Source of the DNA: Vicugna vicugna
Taxonomy: Eukaryota
DNA length: 64,000 bases
Reading direction: 5' to 3'
Assembly (NCBI GenBank): GCA_013265495.1
Contig: MU058781.1
Span: 4,527,050-4,591,049 of the forward strand
The notes below the pieces were generated by a model. That model worked only from the letters and a program-made list of their open reading frames with translations. It made no database searches and was not told the origin of the DNA. Of the stretch, positions 49,853 through 63,610 are shown in pieces. The stretch's first letter is position 1; the number at the start of each line of letters is the position of its first letter. Position numbers and translations under genes: made by a program.

Positions 49853-51469
49853 CTTTAATGTCAGGTTCTAGAAAATCACTTCTCCTTGCAGGTGGCATAT
49901 AGCCATTGCTTGGCACAGCCCATCTCAACAACTCTAATCCTGTGTGTTGTGGAAAAGCTATCTAGAATATACCCAAAATAAGGGGAAATGAGTTTGGAAT
50001 AATGCAAGGAAAATGTATGAACTATAGAATTATAACTTTATTTTTTAAGCATCTATGTGTCTGCTCAGAGACCTCAGCTTTTTTCCAGGCCAGCTGAGCT
50101 GGCTGAAGAAGGGACCACCAGACAAGCAAAGTTTGAGGGCATCTTCACACGTGTGATGGATCATGTGTTTATACAAGCCTACGCCTATAGCTGTCCAGCC
50201 TAAAAGCCACAGCTCAAACTACAGTGTCTTCCCTGATTGTTTGGCAATTTGAGAGCCAGTATCATATCTTTATTGTGTCACTGTGTGGCATCCTGAAGAG
50301 AAACTTTACACCCAAGAAGTTCCCAGCAAACGTTCAGAGTGATCTTTTAACACCCTGTTGCTGCTGATTCTCCCAGAGCTGACTAATGGGCCAAGGAAGA
50401 GCCACGACTCTTAAGTGACAGGTCGCTCCTTATGAAAGTGGTGCCTGAGGTCCTTCTTGGGACGATCAAGTAAGATCTTCTCTTTCCAGTTAAAATATTC
50501 CAGATGAGCATTGTTACTTGCTCCTTAGGGAGGGCACTGTTAGAAAGCTCAAAGCAATGAATTCACCTCACAACTGCCCTTTAAGGGTGAAAACAATTAT
50601 TTTGATCATTCCGAGCAAGAAGCTGCCTAGAGCCAGAACTTGTTCTCTGAGCAACCTTGAGAGGCCTGGACCAGGGAGCGAGCTGGTCCTCAGAGCCCCT
50701 GGCTGATGCAATCTGAGGACATTCCCCAGAAGACATATTCTTTACTTCTTAGTTTAAGAAAATAAATTAAAAGTTCAGGAAAACAACCCTATACCCTGCA
50801 CTAATTGACTTTAGAAACAAAAGGCAGCTCTAGCCAGTGACAGCTCAGCTCAGCCCGCAGCAGAGACCACAGAGGCCATGAAAACGTCTGGATGCCACCA
50901 GTGGTGGGGGGCATGTCCTGCTGATGACACTGCCATAAACACACGCCAAACCAAAGCACTCCTGCCCTCTGCCTTGTCTTTCTTTCTTTTTTAATCTTCT
51001 CTAAAAATCTTTTTTTCCTCTCATAGGAGAGCCCTTCGTAGAGACTCCTTAGTGATATATTTAATTAACAGAGCACATAATCTAATCTCGACTGTATTTC
51101 ACCTCCGTGTGCAACAGGGGAGCCCTCGAAACTCTTTATGAAGAAATATCTTAAAATGAATATTTAATGCATTTGGATTCACTTTGTTCTTAAATAAAAT
51201 ACATCATTTAAATCTCCTCCCCAAAACAAAACAAATTATAGATAGATAGATCAATCATTTGATGTTATCTGGCCATTGGTGGAGAAGGAGATGGTTTAAA
51301 AAAAAAAAAAAGAAAGAAACAGGGTATTGCAAGGCTCCTAAAGAATCACAGGTGCTGTGGTGTCATGACACAAACGTCCCTGTGACCACCTTCTGTGGAA
51401 AGATCACTCAGAAAATACCCTTTCTGGAAAAGGAGGGAACCCTCTGGCCATTTTTCTTCCTGACCCCTC

Positions 51470-52690
51470 TCTCCTGTTTTCTAAGTTTTCTTTATAACTG
51501 TGTCATTAGTAACCACTCTGTCCTCTGAACGTACTTGATTTCCATGGTACCACTCTTTCCAGATCTTCTGCCTAACTTTCTATATGTTTCTTCACTGTCC
51601 AACTGATGGGAACATTACTCTCATGTGCTGGGCACCTTGGGCCCTGTCCTTGGCCCTTTTCTTTTACGCGCTCCGTCGGTGACTGAAAACACTCCCATGA
51701 TGTCAACTGTTGCCTGTAAAATGATGGTTTCCAGATATATGTCTCTAGCCAAGGTTTACATCCCATTATTTCCTGGACCTAGCCCGGCCATCACAGAGCT
51801 TTCTCAGACTCCATATGCACAAGGGAAATCCATACCGTTCCTAAAGTCCCCTTCCATTCCATTTCTCTGCAACCAGCACCATCATCTACCCCATCAGTCA
51901 AGCAACCAATTAGAGCTCATCCTCCCATCATTCTGCTCACATTTTACAACCCAGTTTGTCAACATTTTGTCTGCCAGCAGCTTTTGGCAGCTGGATGGAA
52001 ATGGATGGAAATCACAGTGGTTTAAACAAGAAAAGATTTATTCATTTTTCTCATAAAGCATGGGACTCAAATCATCCAAGGCTAGTACACTGACTCTAGC
52101 GTGTCATCACGACCCTGGACTCCTGTCTTTCTTCACTACCATGCTTTGCACAAGGCTCCCATCTTACAGAGCACATCATGGTTACAAGCTGTCTATTCTC
52201 AAGTTCCAGACAGAAAAAAAGATATAGAATGAAGAAAGTTAAGGCACTTCATTTGGCTCATATCTCATTAGCCATAAAGAGAAGGGTAAAATGGCTATCA
52301 GTAAGGCAAGATAGAAATCAGTGCCACCTACTTCGCTTTCTTAACATTTTTCACATTTATCTCCTAATATGCTAGGTTCAGACCCTCATCATTTCTGTGG
52401 ATGCCTTCGATCGCCTCCTGATTAGACTCCTTGCCCACCACCTGTGCCCCTCACAGCCGCCCTTTACAGCTGCCGTAACTTTCTTAAATGTGAATCTGGT
52501 CCCTGCTTAAAATCTTTCAGGGGCTCCCCTTCAGCCTTCAAGAAAAAGCCCAAACTGCTTTGCATGGCTTCAAGCCCTTCCAGGTCTGTATCAAAGCCAC
52601 TTCTGAGCCTTCGCTCTTCTCTCTTCCCCCAGGCTCTTGGCACACCAACTATTTTCCACCCCAAAACATCTACGTTTTCTCATGCCATCC
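51470..52690 (+). mobile_element. L2 fragments with a probable nested MLT1J/K LTR (minus, ~51965-52320)
   Basis: L2-like tgtccttggcccttttcttt...ccagatatatgtctctagcc; ctaggttcagaccctcatcatttct...ctttcttaaatgtgaatctgg...cctgcttaaaatctttcag. LTR-like cagtggtttaaacaagaaaagatttatt...tttggctcatatctcatt. Confidence 0.65.
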
Positions 52691-53354
52691 CATCCTACAA
52701 GTGCTGCCAGTCTCCGCACCGATTACACACGAAAGCAAAGACATTTTCACGTGTGATCAGAGATTAAAGATTAGAGGAAGTGTCTGCACAGCAAGTCCAC
52801 CTGTTCATATGGCGGAAAAAAATATGTTCTTTGTTACACACATATAAATATCACTCTTTAAAACACAACAGACCTGCCTCCTCTAAAGATACCCCTCCAG
52901 GAAGAAGGATGTGGGAGAGTTTTGCCCATCACTTCTTCAATAGCCCCATCAGTCCAGGCTTTTACATGTCTGAGTGGAGAAGGGAGAAATGCAACTTCTC
53001 ACTTGAAGAGTCCACCTTGTCAGCTAAGACAACTCTACAGACATAAAAGCAGACCAAAGAGAAAGTGAAAAGTGACGAAAGAAAGGGCGAAGAATGCTGA
53101 AAGAAGAGCTGTACCCTAGATACACAGAAACTCCTGCAAAATACATTCACCACCCTGGACTCAGACCTGAGATGTGTGGCTTGTGGGCAAGAACAGAGAG
53201 AATCAAGAAAAAGCAAGAGGCTAGTTGAAGCCCAACGTGATGGTGCTTTTCCTGGTTTTTCTCAAAACCAAGCTACTTCCTGCAAAAGCCAAGGGGAAAA
53301 AATTAGAGTCAAAAGTTATCGCTGGGTAGACAGGGGTGAAAGTCACACAAGGTA

Positions 53355-53400
53355 ACATGTGCACGCGCATGTGTGTGTGCACGTGCACGTGTGCATGTGT
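53355..53400. repeat. 46-bp alternating purine-pyrimidine tract with two CACGTG
   Basis: acatgtgcacgcgcatgtgtgtgtgcacgtgcacgtgtgcatgtgt, strictly alternating R/Y. Confidence 0.9.
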
Positions 53401-56400
53401 TGTCCTGGGCACACTCCTCTGGCTATTTGAAGACCCCTGTGGAAAGTCGGACCCTGAGTCTCTTTTGCCATCTGCTGACTGGCTCCCTCCTGGGAGGCTT
53501 CCTTGGACCTTGTTCGTGCTGGCTCGAGGGTGTCCCCTGTACTGGAAACAACTGCTGCCCGCAGGGATGAGCTGGCCTGTCACCCCAACGGGCACTAACA
53601 CTTGGCTGCTTTTTCCAGCACACGTGTTGACAGGAATGAGACTGGTAAATGAGTCAAGTGGTCTGGAGAAAGAAATACAGTGATCACAAGGCTGTCCAGC
53701 GACAGAAACTAGTTAAGGACACTCACCTGCTCTCTCTGACGGCCTGTGTTATTGGAGCTTTGCGGGGAAACTCTTCTTAGAGTATTAGCAAAGGAAAAAA
53801 AAAAAAAACTGTTGGGGATCTCCGCATTTCAGTGACATTTCCTCTTGACCAGTTACTGCTTCTTCACTCTGCACTCTGAAAAGAAAAATAAAAAATAGAG
53901 TGCCATACGAGTAGGAAAATTCCAAAATACTCCTCTACTGCAACCCAAAGCAATTTTTGTGAGAAGCCTTGGATGAATTATGAAAGGACAGTAAAGTAAG
54001 TGTTTAGAGAAAGGGAGACCGAGTCACAATGAGGGGCGGGGGGGGGGAAGCACCATCCAGCCTTAAACTTCCCTGAGAGTCACACGGCCATGTAGTCATG
54101 GGTTGTAGCCATCTTTGTGGACACCCAGCAAACGGGTCACTAAGACTAGAATACTCTGGTGTGTGGGTTAGCATCATCCTCAGAGGACCAGGCAGCAGAG
54201 CCCCTGAGGAGGGGGTGCAGCCCTGGAATTGCCCGCCCCTCTATACCACTCTCACGGCCTGTAATAGCTGGAGGCTGGCCAGCTCCAACTGGCCAAATGC
54301 ACTGGCCATATGATTGGCATCACACACTTCTTCTCTTCTTGTCTAGTTTCCCGATGTTCACTGACAAGTAACATGGCGAGGAAGTCCAGCACCTTCAGAG
54401 AGCGTTAATGATCGACTGTACCTAGCACACCATTGCCTTATCTGATGTCTCTTATTTGAAACAGACTCCCTATGGTTACAAAGATAACCCTGCAGTCTAC
54501 TGTCCTTTGTTTAGAGCCTCTTTGCTTAGTAGTAAGGACTCGGATCCATCTTCATTAATCTTTGACTGCACCAAGGTCGTCAATGAAATTGCAGGAAAAA
54601 AAAAAAAGACTTGGAGTACATAACACAGCAGTCAGTGGCATACTTAATCACATGTGCCTCTAACAACAATTCTGGAACAAGACCAGATACAAATCAATAA
54701 AATACAGTAGATCTTGGATTTTCTCTCTCTCTCTTGCAAGCTATTCCCTGCTGTGTAGAGGAAAGTTTTCTTTAAGTGAAGTTCTACAGAGATTGCATGT
54801 GTTTGGGAGAAAAACATGAAGGCAAAGACAAAATTTGGTGCACTTAGGTGTTTCTTAATGTTAAAGTTTCACTTTTGTCTCCCACACACTTTTAACCCAG
54901 TAAGGTGAACTGGACAAATGCTACCATCCCAAACTAGACAGATGGTCCTGCCTGTGCGTGGTTCCCAGCTCAAAGGTGGCAGGCCAGTGGTGGGGGAGAG
55001 GCAGTGACCAGAGTGGTAACTGTGCTCCCCTTTGCCCATTCAGTGGCAAACAACTGGCTATCCTCTTAATTCCTTTGTGTTCCCTGGAAAAGGTTTTAAT
55101 CTGCTCACTGAAGTATCTACCTGTGGTTTGGGTTGCTGTTTTAAAGCAGAGTTTGTGGGTAAAGGAAAAATGTGGAATAATGTTAGCCACACACTTTTCT
55201 TGATTTTCTCCTGAACGTATGGGAAGGAAAGTAGATGTCCATCAGTGACTATATGGTATCGCATTACACCAGTCCAAGAATTTTGTATTTCAATTTGTTT
55301 TCTAGTGTGCGTTGCCCAAACTCCCCCCAGGGAGCCATTTATTAATGCTTGATTCACCAGAGAGAATGGGAACAAAGCAGGCAAAAGTTGCCATGCCTGA
55401 TGCAACTTCTTTTAGGACTGAACCAAGAGCTGATGTAAAACTCCAGGGAGTCTCAGAGTTGAAGCCACCTAGGAACCTGAATGAGGGCAGAAGCCCTTCC
55501 TTTTTGCCACCACTTACCACACTTGACTTAGAAAACCAAAGAAGAGAGGGTGTCAGACGTCTGGGCAGCAAGGCCTAGAACACTGAGGACAAATGGATGT
55601 TTGGAGGAAGTAATCACATGCCCAGCTTTTGAGCATTCGTGTCTGAGGTTCACATTCCATGTGCATGTCTGAGAGTCCTAATACGGAGCAGAAGGCCATT
55701 TTTGGGTGGGTGCAGTGAAGGATGGGAAAGTAGACTCAAGGACTGCATTCAGGGATATGAATTCAAACTCTTTGGAAATCGCTGAAGCTGACTTCTCTCT
55801 GGATCGTGCTTCCTTGCACAATCCAAAAAGAAATTAGATGCACGTCTATCCCCGTGCCCTCTGACATGACTGTGGGAAGTTCTATAAAGACTTCTGAGAT
55901 GACTGGACGCCAATTATGACGCTGCCACTGTTTTCCATAAAAGCGTTTCTGCCCCTAGCTCAGCCACAGTCATTCTGATGAAGAGGCTGAGACACGGAGA
56001 AACAGCACCACTGCATAAAAAGGTCATTTGATCCTTGACGTCCCCAGCCTTCCCAGTGAGAAAGAACAGCAGTAACCGTTCATAATGAGTACTGTTTTTA
56101 CTCAGCTACATCTTCTAGGCTTTCTTGAAAGTGATGTGGACTCTAAGAGTGGAAAGTTCCAGACTTAAGGTTTGTTTTCAAAAGAAACCAGGTCTGTAGG
56201 TTAAATAATGAAGTATTGGGCCACAAAATACATCAGTCTCCCAGGAAAGCCCCTTAAACTCAGCCAAAATTCTCTCTTTATTCACCTATGGTGTTTCACC
56301 AGAACTTGTAATCATTAAATGTTTCTAACCAATAGTCAACTGTCAGGTGGACAGAAAAGAAAAATTGTATAAATCTAAGGGCCAGGTGAATAATGGGGGT

Positions 56401-58089
56401 TTTGTGGTTGTTTCCATAAATTCAGCAAACAGATTATACTTTCTTTTTCTTTTCCTTTTAAAAGCCAATCCCAATTTTTATGTTCACAACATCCTGTCAC
56501 CTAAGGAGTGACAAAGATTTAAGGATGGAAAAAAAAAATTCGGTTCAGATTGATTTTTTTTTCAAATTGGCTTTCTAAATGCAAGCGATAATGACCAAAG
56601 ACTTTTTTTAAAAAACTCATTTCTAAGTGATCTCATCTCTCTACTTTGCACACATCACTTAATTCAATCCTCTCAGACAGGACCATACATTTGCGCACTT
56701 CCTCTATTGATTACCACAGGTCATCCTATTAAAGGGAAACGGATGAGCCAGGATATCGAGCTTTAATTTTTAAATCATAATAGTTTGTGGTGAGAGTGAG
56801 GTGGAGGCCCATCTAGGAAAGGAATAACCCCAGTGAGCGGCAATCTGAAAACCAAAAGAGAGAGCAAAACAGAATTTCCCTGGCTGGTCTTATCCCTGTT
56901 ATGTTGGGAGATCTCACCCCCCCCCCTTAAGACCTACAAGAAAAGCTAAAGAAGCTAAACTTAAACTGGTCTTGACTATTTGGCTGAGGCCACTTCCTTC
57001 CAATAAGAGGTGCACAGCAAGACTTGGAGGCCAAGGTCTGCCCCCCCTCCCCGCATCCAGGTTTTCGCAGGGAGACATGAAGAAGCCCCTCAAAGCTCAC
57101 CCTGGTGCCCTCCCAACCCCTGGCACCAGCCTCCACGGGGAGGCCATTGTGGGGAGACTGGTCAGCCTTAGATACTGAGCCACACAACCATTCTGTGCTT
57201 TTGAAAAACACAGATCTGAAAAACAGAGCACAGTCACTCTCTGACCAATTGTGTGGTTTTCTACATAAATCAGGGCTTTAAAATCCTGGGAAGGGATACA
57301 TAGGACCCCAGAGCAAGGGTGACAGGACGCGGTGAGTCATCTCAACTTCCTGCTAATCACGGGAACCTGACAAAAGCTCGACGTGTCTCAGATTTGGCTG
57401 GGGGTTTCCTTCTCAGTTCAGCCTCAGATTTCTGTGACTCGCCCCTTCCTTCTTTGTGTTTCTCCCTCTGCATCCCATTTGTCCGAGATCCTTGTTGGTC
57501 TATAAATAACGTCATTGTGTTATGCTGGACATGGAGTTTTTAAATGTCAGCACTCTGTGCCCAGCCTTGCATGGTGAGAAAAAATCCAGTTTTTCTAACT
57601 ACGTTCCTGCAACACTGAACTAACTGAGGAATTCAGCTGCTAAAAAATTTTTAAGTGGTGATATCTTCATAACTCTGGTGTTGGGAGGCAGGGGCAGGGT
57701 AGAGTCAATGAGTAGAATTTTCTTGACTTTCGGGTTTTGTCCAGATTATCCTTAAATGAGTAGTTCTTGTGATATCAGACTGAAAGAACAAACAAGAAGG
57801 GAAATTGGGATGGAACGTTAATCTGCAATTCAAAGAAGCAAGGAGAATAGGAATTCTTTGTGTTTCTGAGTCAAATGTATTCTGTTTCTGGTTTCTACCT
57901 GTCTGGATGGTAGAAAATGCAAACTCGGTCATTCCTGGGGCTTCTTGGCCGCCTGTGGCATCGTGAGTGCTGTATGGTACCAGGAATGGATGGAGGGAGG
58001 AAGAAGGGGCAGGGAGGGTGCCAGGGGGCAGAGCTATGGAGGCTACCATCATAGCCAACACTCCTCTTCCTGCTACAGTCAAGTACTGG

Positions 58090-58511
58090 TGTTAAAAATT
58101 ATTCGGACACTTGTTAAAGACAATAAGGAAGACTTTATTCAGGAGACAAGTGCATTCAATAAGGGAAAGTGGGAGTTTATAGCCAAGGAGCAGGATGAGG
58201 AGGGCGAGAGATGGAAAATTACTAAGAGGAGACACTGAGATAAGGGAGGACTCTGGCCAAAACAGCTTGACAGGATTCTTGCTGAAGACAGCCAGTATGA
58301 TCGGATACCAAGGATGGGGGACAAGGAATTTGATCAGATACGGAGGATGAAGATGATATGAAGGGTGGGGGTTCTCTCTAAAATGACCTGACAGGACTCC
58401 TTCTAGAAGCGGACAATGCAGGCCCACAAGGATAGACACCAAAGCCCAGGGTCAAAGTCCACTTGGCTTAGGGGAGCCTGACTATAGTTTAGTCGAGAAG
58501 AAAGTCTGTCA
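58090..58511 (-). mobile_element. MER31-type ERV1 solo LTR
   Basis: tgttaaaaattattcggacacttgttaaa...aaggaagactttattcagga...ggagcctgactatagttt...tctgtca. TG...CA ends and 4-bp TSD CTGG (58086-58089, 58512-58515). Confidence 0.9.
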
Positions 58512-59385
58512 CTGGTTTCCTGGCAAGCTCTGGGCAATCTACTCTGTAAGGACTCAAGTAGAGTCACTGTGTTCACAGACCCACCCGTGGGACCCTCACC
58601 ACTGCTCTACAGGCAATTACCACCGTCCTCAATGAAGTACTCGGCACGAGAGGGGCTTGGGCCCTTCCGTACTTGGAAACTCCAAAGCCCAAAGCCTGCC
58701 CTTCCTCTTAGTTTTATGGACTCACCCACTCCCCACCCCCCAACACTGAGCCAGCACAATTCCCCAGCTGCAGATGTTTTCCTTCACCCCTTTCCTCTGG
58801 TGGGCTGGCCAGTGTAACCCTGCCCAAAGGGTCTCTAGAAGAAAGCACTGGGAAGGATTGTTTTCCGGGCACCAACAAAACATGCCTTGGCCTCGTAACA
58901 GAAAGGCTTGGTTTCTCAGGATAGGGGAGGTGAAAATACAACAGGGAGAATAAAATTAAACATCTCAATAAACTGTGCCTCCCAGTTATCAATGGAATGA
59001 CTTAGAAACATAATGGTTTGACTTTGGATATGTGTGCTTTTCTACAGCAATAGTTTATTGCACACCTGCAAATACCATCATCTCTTCTAGCTTGCTGGTA
59101 AAATTATTTCAAGTTCAGGATATTCTGCCAAAAACACCTGATTTCCAAGTGCTGTATCCCACGAACAAGTTGTAAAACACCAATACCATATGTGTGAAAA
59201 TGCCTTGTGCCTTGTGAGGAGCGTGGTGGGTGTGAAACAATTGGTCGTTGGTTCTGAACTACATCATCTGCTTCCACGGGAGGGAAGAAAGAAAGAGAAC
59301 GAACTGTGTCTTGGGGAAGGGGCCTCTCAGCTGAGAAAAGGAATGATTATGGTCCCCTTCGTGCTGAAGTCAGATTCCTCAGAGG

Positions 59386-59575
59386 ATAGAAACTGGCAGA
59401 TAAGATACAGGATACCAAGTTAAATTTGAATTTCAGATAAATAATAACCATTTTCTTATACATCTGTCCATACCATACAATACTGGAAACGTACGAAATT
59501 TTTTGCATTGTTTATCTGAAAATTTCAGACGTAATCGGGCATCCTATATTTTTATTTGCTAGTTCTAGCAACTCA
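59386..59575. mobile_element. MER53 palindromic hAT MITE
   Basis: gcagataagatacaggataccaagttaaatttgaatttcagataaa ... ttgtttatctgaaaatt...gggcatcctatattttttatttgcta...gcaact. Confidence 0.8.
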
Positions 59576-60787
59576 TTACAGGGTCCTTTGTCAAGCACCG
59601 GCTTAGGCAGCTGATAATATGGCCTTGAGACTGACAGAGAGCACCATGTTTAAAACCGTGCCCCGGGCTAGACGCCAAAGTGGGCAGGTCAAATCATGCA
59701 GCGAATTACCCTCATGTCTCTGGCTCCCAGGCCTGCACTGCTTGGCTCAGGAGCAAGCTGGGGCAGCACTGTCCTGGCAGCAGGGGACGCCATGCCCCGA
59801 GCAGCAGGCAGCAAGACATCCTTCAGGACGCATGTTGGCTGGGACATTTTGTTTGCTCCGTACGTAGGTCCCTCTTCTTCATCCAGTCCCAGGCCCCGTC
59901 TCCACCTCCACTCTTCCTTCCTCGTGCTCTCTTTGCGAGGACACTTTTCCAAGCTCACGGATTCAGTCATCACCTCAGAGCAGAGCTCTGTCTCCAAGGG
60001 TTCAGGGAGCAGCCCCATGGAGGACTTCCACTCAGTTCTCCTCATCTCCTTAAACAGCCAAAGCAAAACTCATAAGCCTCCCCCGGCCAGCTCCTCTTCG
60101 CATCTTCAGGACCCAGTCTCCATGGGCCGCAACCCTGATGGGACGTTTAACATCACTTTCTTCGCCTTCCCATGATGGTCAGTCTCCACGTCTCAATAGT
60201 TTTTCTCTGTAAATTGTCCTTTGCCTGCAGTCCTTCCCACTGGGGCCGCATTCATCTAGGCCTAACCCTCCCGTCTTGAATGACACCCCCAAACCCAGGG
60301 TTTCCTCTCCAAATCTGTCTCATTATTGTTTCCAAGGCTTCCAGCTTCCTGCAGGGTTAAATCTAAACTTCTCTTCCTGGCTCTCTGGCCCTCATAATAA
60401 AGCCCTGCCCCCCCAGACACACAGGTTCCAGTTCCCAAGCCAGTCCTTCTCCCCCTGACCCCACAGCAAGGCCCCTGACCTCGCAGTCTCAGGAACCCAC
60501 CATTCTCCTATCCACCCCCACTCCACCCGTTCCCATCAAGGATGTGCTTGCACTGGCTGTCCAAAGCCCGCCCAGCCTTCAGACACGGGGGCAATTTCTT
60601 TTCCCATCATGATTTCCTTGTCTAACCCTGCCTGCTTGGATCTCTTTCCACAATCAGTCCTGACCTTACAACGAAGTACTGTAAGGATAAAATGATGGCA
60701 TCTTCTTTGTTTGATAATGAGGATGGAGGTGCCTGCCTCCCTTACCCAGGTCCTGGCTTCCCTCTCCTTTAGTAATAATCTCCTCGG

Positions 60788-61282
60788 TGATGGGGTTCAG
60801 AACTCATACCCCAAAACACGGCACTTCAACATATTGAGTATTTTAAGCTGAAGAAGTTTGAGAAAACAGTGAAAGCAGGAAGGTTACTCTGACCATCCCC
60901 CTGCTTTTCTCCCCTGAAGCAGATCATAAAAGCCTTAAGTGCGAGGTGCCCTCCTCACACCTGGAGGAGAGGAGCATCCTTATCTCCAAGAATCTGAACA
61001 CACAGGCCTGGCTGTTTCCTCCAGTTCACTACCCTTACTTCATACCCTCTGTCTGACAATGCTTCTCCGCAACTATCCACTCTTCATCCAAACTGGCATA
61101 AAAACACCCAGTTTTAATTGTCTCTCCAAGTCTTCATTTCCTTACAAAGGCTCCTGTATCACATAAAACTTACATAAATAAATTTGTATGTTTTTCTCTT
61201 ATTAATTTTTCTTTGTCAGTTTAATTATCAGACCCAGCCAGGGACCCTAAGAAGGCCGAGGAAAACTTCTCCCTCCCCTGCA
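60788..61282 (+). mobile_element. MER34/MER39-family ERV1 solo LTR
   Basis: tgatggggttcag...taccccaaaa...tattttaagctgaagaagtttgagaaaac...ataaaact...aataaatttgtatg...ccagccagggaccctaaga...ctcccctgca. TSD tcgg / tcag. Confidence 0.9.
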
Positions 61283-63499
61283 TCAGTGTCCTCTGGGTTT
61301 GGGGGTGACTGACTCAAGAGAAATATCCTCCAGCTCTGAAGGCAAAGCCCCCTCCAGACCTAGGCCTCCAGTGTCTCCCACCAGAGTCGTCACACCTGGG
61401 TCCCCGTCTCTTGTGGAGCATCTGCTAAGAAAGATGCTTCCTGAAGTTCATTTCTACCTTCAAAAAGAAAACAAAGAGAAAAATCTAAATTGTGTGCATT
61501 ATGGTCAAATCTTCCTAAGTGTTAACTTAATGCCTAAGAAGTCCTTATGGCTCTTTTCATTTTTTAAATGTTTGTACTGTAGGTTTTTGGACTGGTCAAT
61601 GCAAAAAGCCAACTCTTCGAGAACGTCTCCTGACTTGTTACATCACAGTCTGATTCAGATCTGTCTAACTGACACCCTGATGTCTTGCTCTTACTGCTCT
61701 GTTTGTCCAATGGCTTCCGTCAGCCCATACACATGATGCACCGGGGCAGGTAGCCTTCTCCAGAAAACCCATTTCAGATACAGGCCTTAAAAAAGCCCAT
61801 GGTGAATAAAGTCTTCGTTGGCCTAAATCCAATCTACCTTTTTGAAATTTGGTAAGAATCCATTTCCCTATAAGAGTTCTAATCCTTCCCAATTTCATGC
61901 ATACCCAGGTGGAACAAGTAAAGATGTTGATTCTAAATGCCCATTTCCCTTGATACTGATGGATTGGGACTAACTGGAAAGATGAATGGAAACTGCTTCA
62001 GACTCTGTTTGAAAATGGATAAAGTAAAAACAGTATTTGTAGAAGTATTTAATAGGCCAATAACTAGGAGTGTGATTGCAATGATATTGTGGGACCTTGA
62101 TCTAGCCAGCAAGAGGAATCCTGTAGAAGGCTGATCCCAACAGGATCCCATCCAAGGAGGGTCATTTATTGAAGTAATCTGGCTACAGGATGGAGAGAAG
62201 CAGAGCCCGGAGGCAGTGAAGCCAATTAGGAAACTGTGGCAGCGGTCCAGGTGAGGTCAAGAGGTCAATAAAAAAGAGGGAAAGGACATAATCAAGAAGA
62301 ATTCAGCTGGGGCACGTCTGGAAACTGACCACGAGTGGCCAGCAGAAGCCATCTGTTTAAGGAGGTGATTCTTGGCAGGAAAGAGAGAGGAGCTGCTTTC
62401 TGCAGTTACGCAATGGGGGTGATGTCAGCAAGGAGGTGCTTGTTGTGTTTGTCAGAGACGATGGTCCCTGGACCTGACCCCGTGGATTTATGCCCAAATT
62501 CTGCAGAGAGAGATGCTGAGGGCAGAAGCCAAGGGACCATGTGAGACACAAAAGCACAGCCATGCTTCTTTGTGCTCAGGTGACAAAATGTAACCCAAAA
62601 TAGAGAGTGATGTTCTCTGCTCCGGAGCCCAGAACAACACATGGCTTGGCTCAGGAAGTCGGTAGAGAAGGGGACACTGCTGGACCCTTGGGAGGGTCAC
62701 CCCTTGGGCAGAGTACTGGCAGCAGAAAGGCCAGGTTCAGAAGTGGGATGGAGGCAAAGACCATCCCAGAGACAGAGCCAAAGAGCATAAGAGAAACTCC
62801 AAGGGCCCAAGTTAAAAACTGGCTGAGGGTCTACGTTCCAGGGAGGGGCAGAGGCTGGTGAAATTTAAGTTCTGACAGTGAATTTGGCCTCATCTGTACC
62901 CACAGGCTGGCAGGGCCTGGAAACAATCTGTTACAAATAGACACCGCATTACATTACAATCGTTACAATCCGCTACAATTCGCAGTTTACGTAACTTCCT
63001 CCCTCCCCACTCAGGGGCATCCCAAACATAAAGTGCTATTCATCTTTCTGTTCTCAGTACAGAGCACATGTGCGTAGTAGGTGCTTGGTCTACATGAGCC
63101 TATAAACAGCTGAAACACCAAGAGGCTTCTCACTGACGTATGACCGTGGAACCCAGTCCCCTGACCCTAAAGCAGCATCATTACAAAACTCCAGGGTGAG
63201 AAATAAAAATTAATATGCCTGCAGGGGGAACCATGAATCCCAGAATGATGCTGGGGCCCAGGAGGGGGCTGGTCTTTTCAGTTACTACTAGCAAATTGCC
63301 TCCATTTCTCTTTTCTTCACAAAACAGATGTATTTAAACTTAATAAAATGGGCTGCTTAGCCAAGAAGAGCTGGCAAACCCGGAGAGAAAAAAAAAAGTT
63401 CTTTTCTTTTCTGTGTACAAAGGGCATGTTAATTAATTATTTTAGAGACCAAAACTTTAAACAACAATGACGCTTACACATACGTCCACCCCAACTGTG

Positions 63500-63610
63500 G
63501 CCCTGACAGGTTAAATAACTTGCCCAAGGCCACACAGTGACCTTGTGACAAATCACGTATTTGAACCCCAACCTGGTGGATTTCAGAGTTATTGTCTTCT
63601 CCGCTGCATA
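63500..63610 (-). mobile_element. MIR fragment
   Basis: aggttaaataacttgcccaaggccacacag...atttgaacccca...gatttcagag. Confidence 0.75.

Noticed and set aside
59619..60175. Overlapping 125-159 aa ORFs (similar cases at 28972, 35047, 37369, 41148 and 61299)
   Set aside because: No domain similarity I can recognise and no coherent splice architecture. Consistent with chance ORFs.
62946..62982. Degenerate TTACAAT-type short repeat; also (GCAGA)4 at ~21755, (AAAT)n at ~45970 and a G13 run at ~8939
   Set aside because: Ordinary low-complexity or microsatellite sequence.
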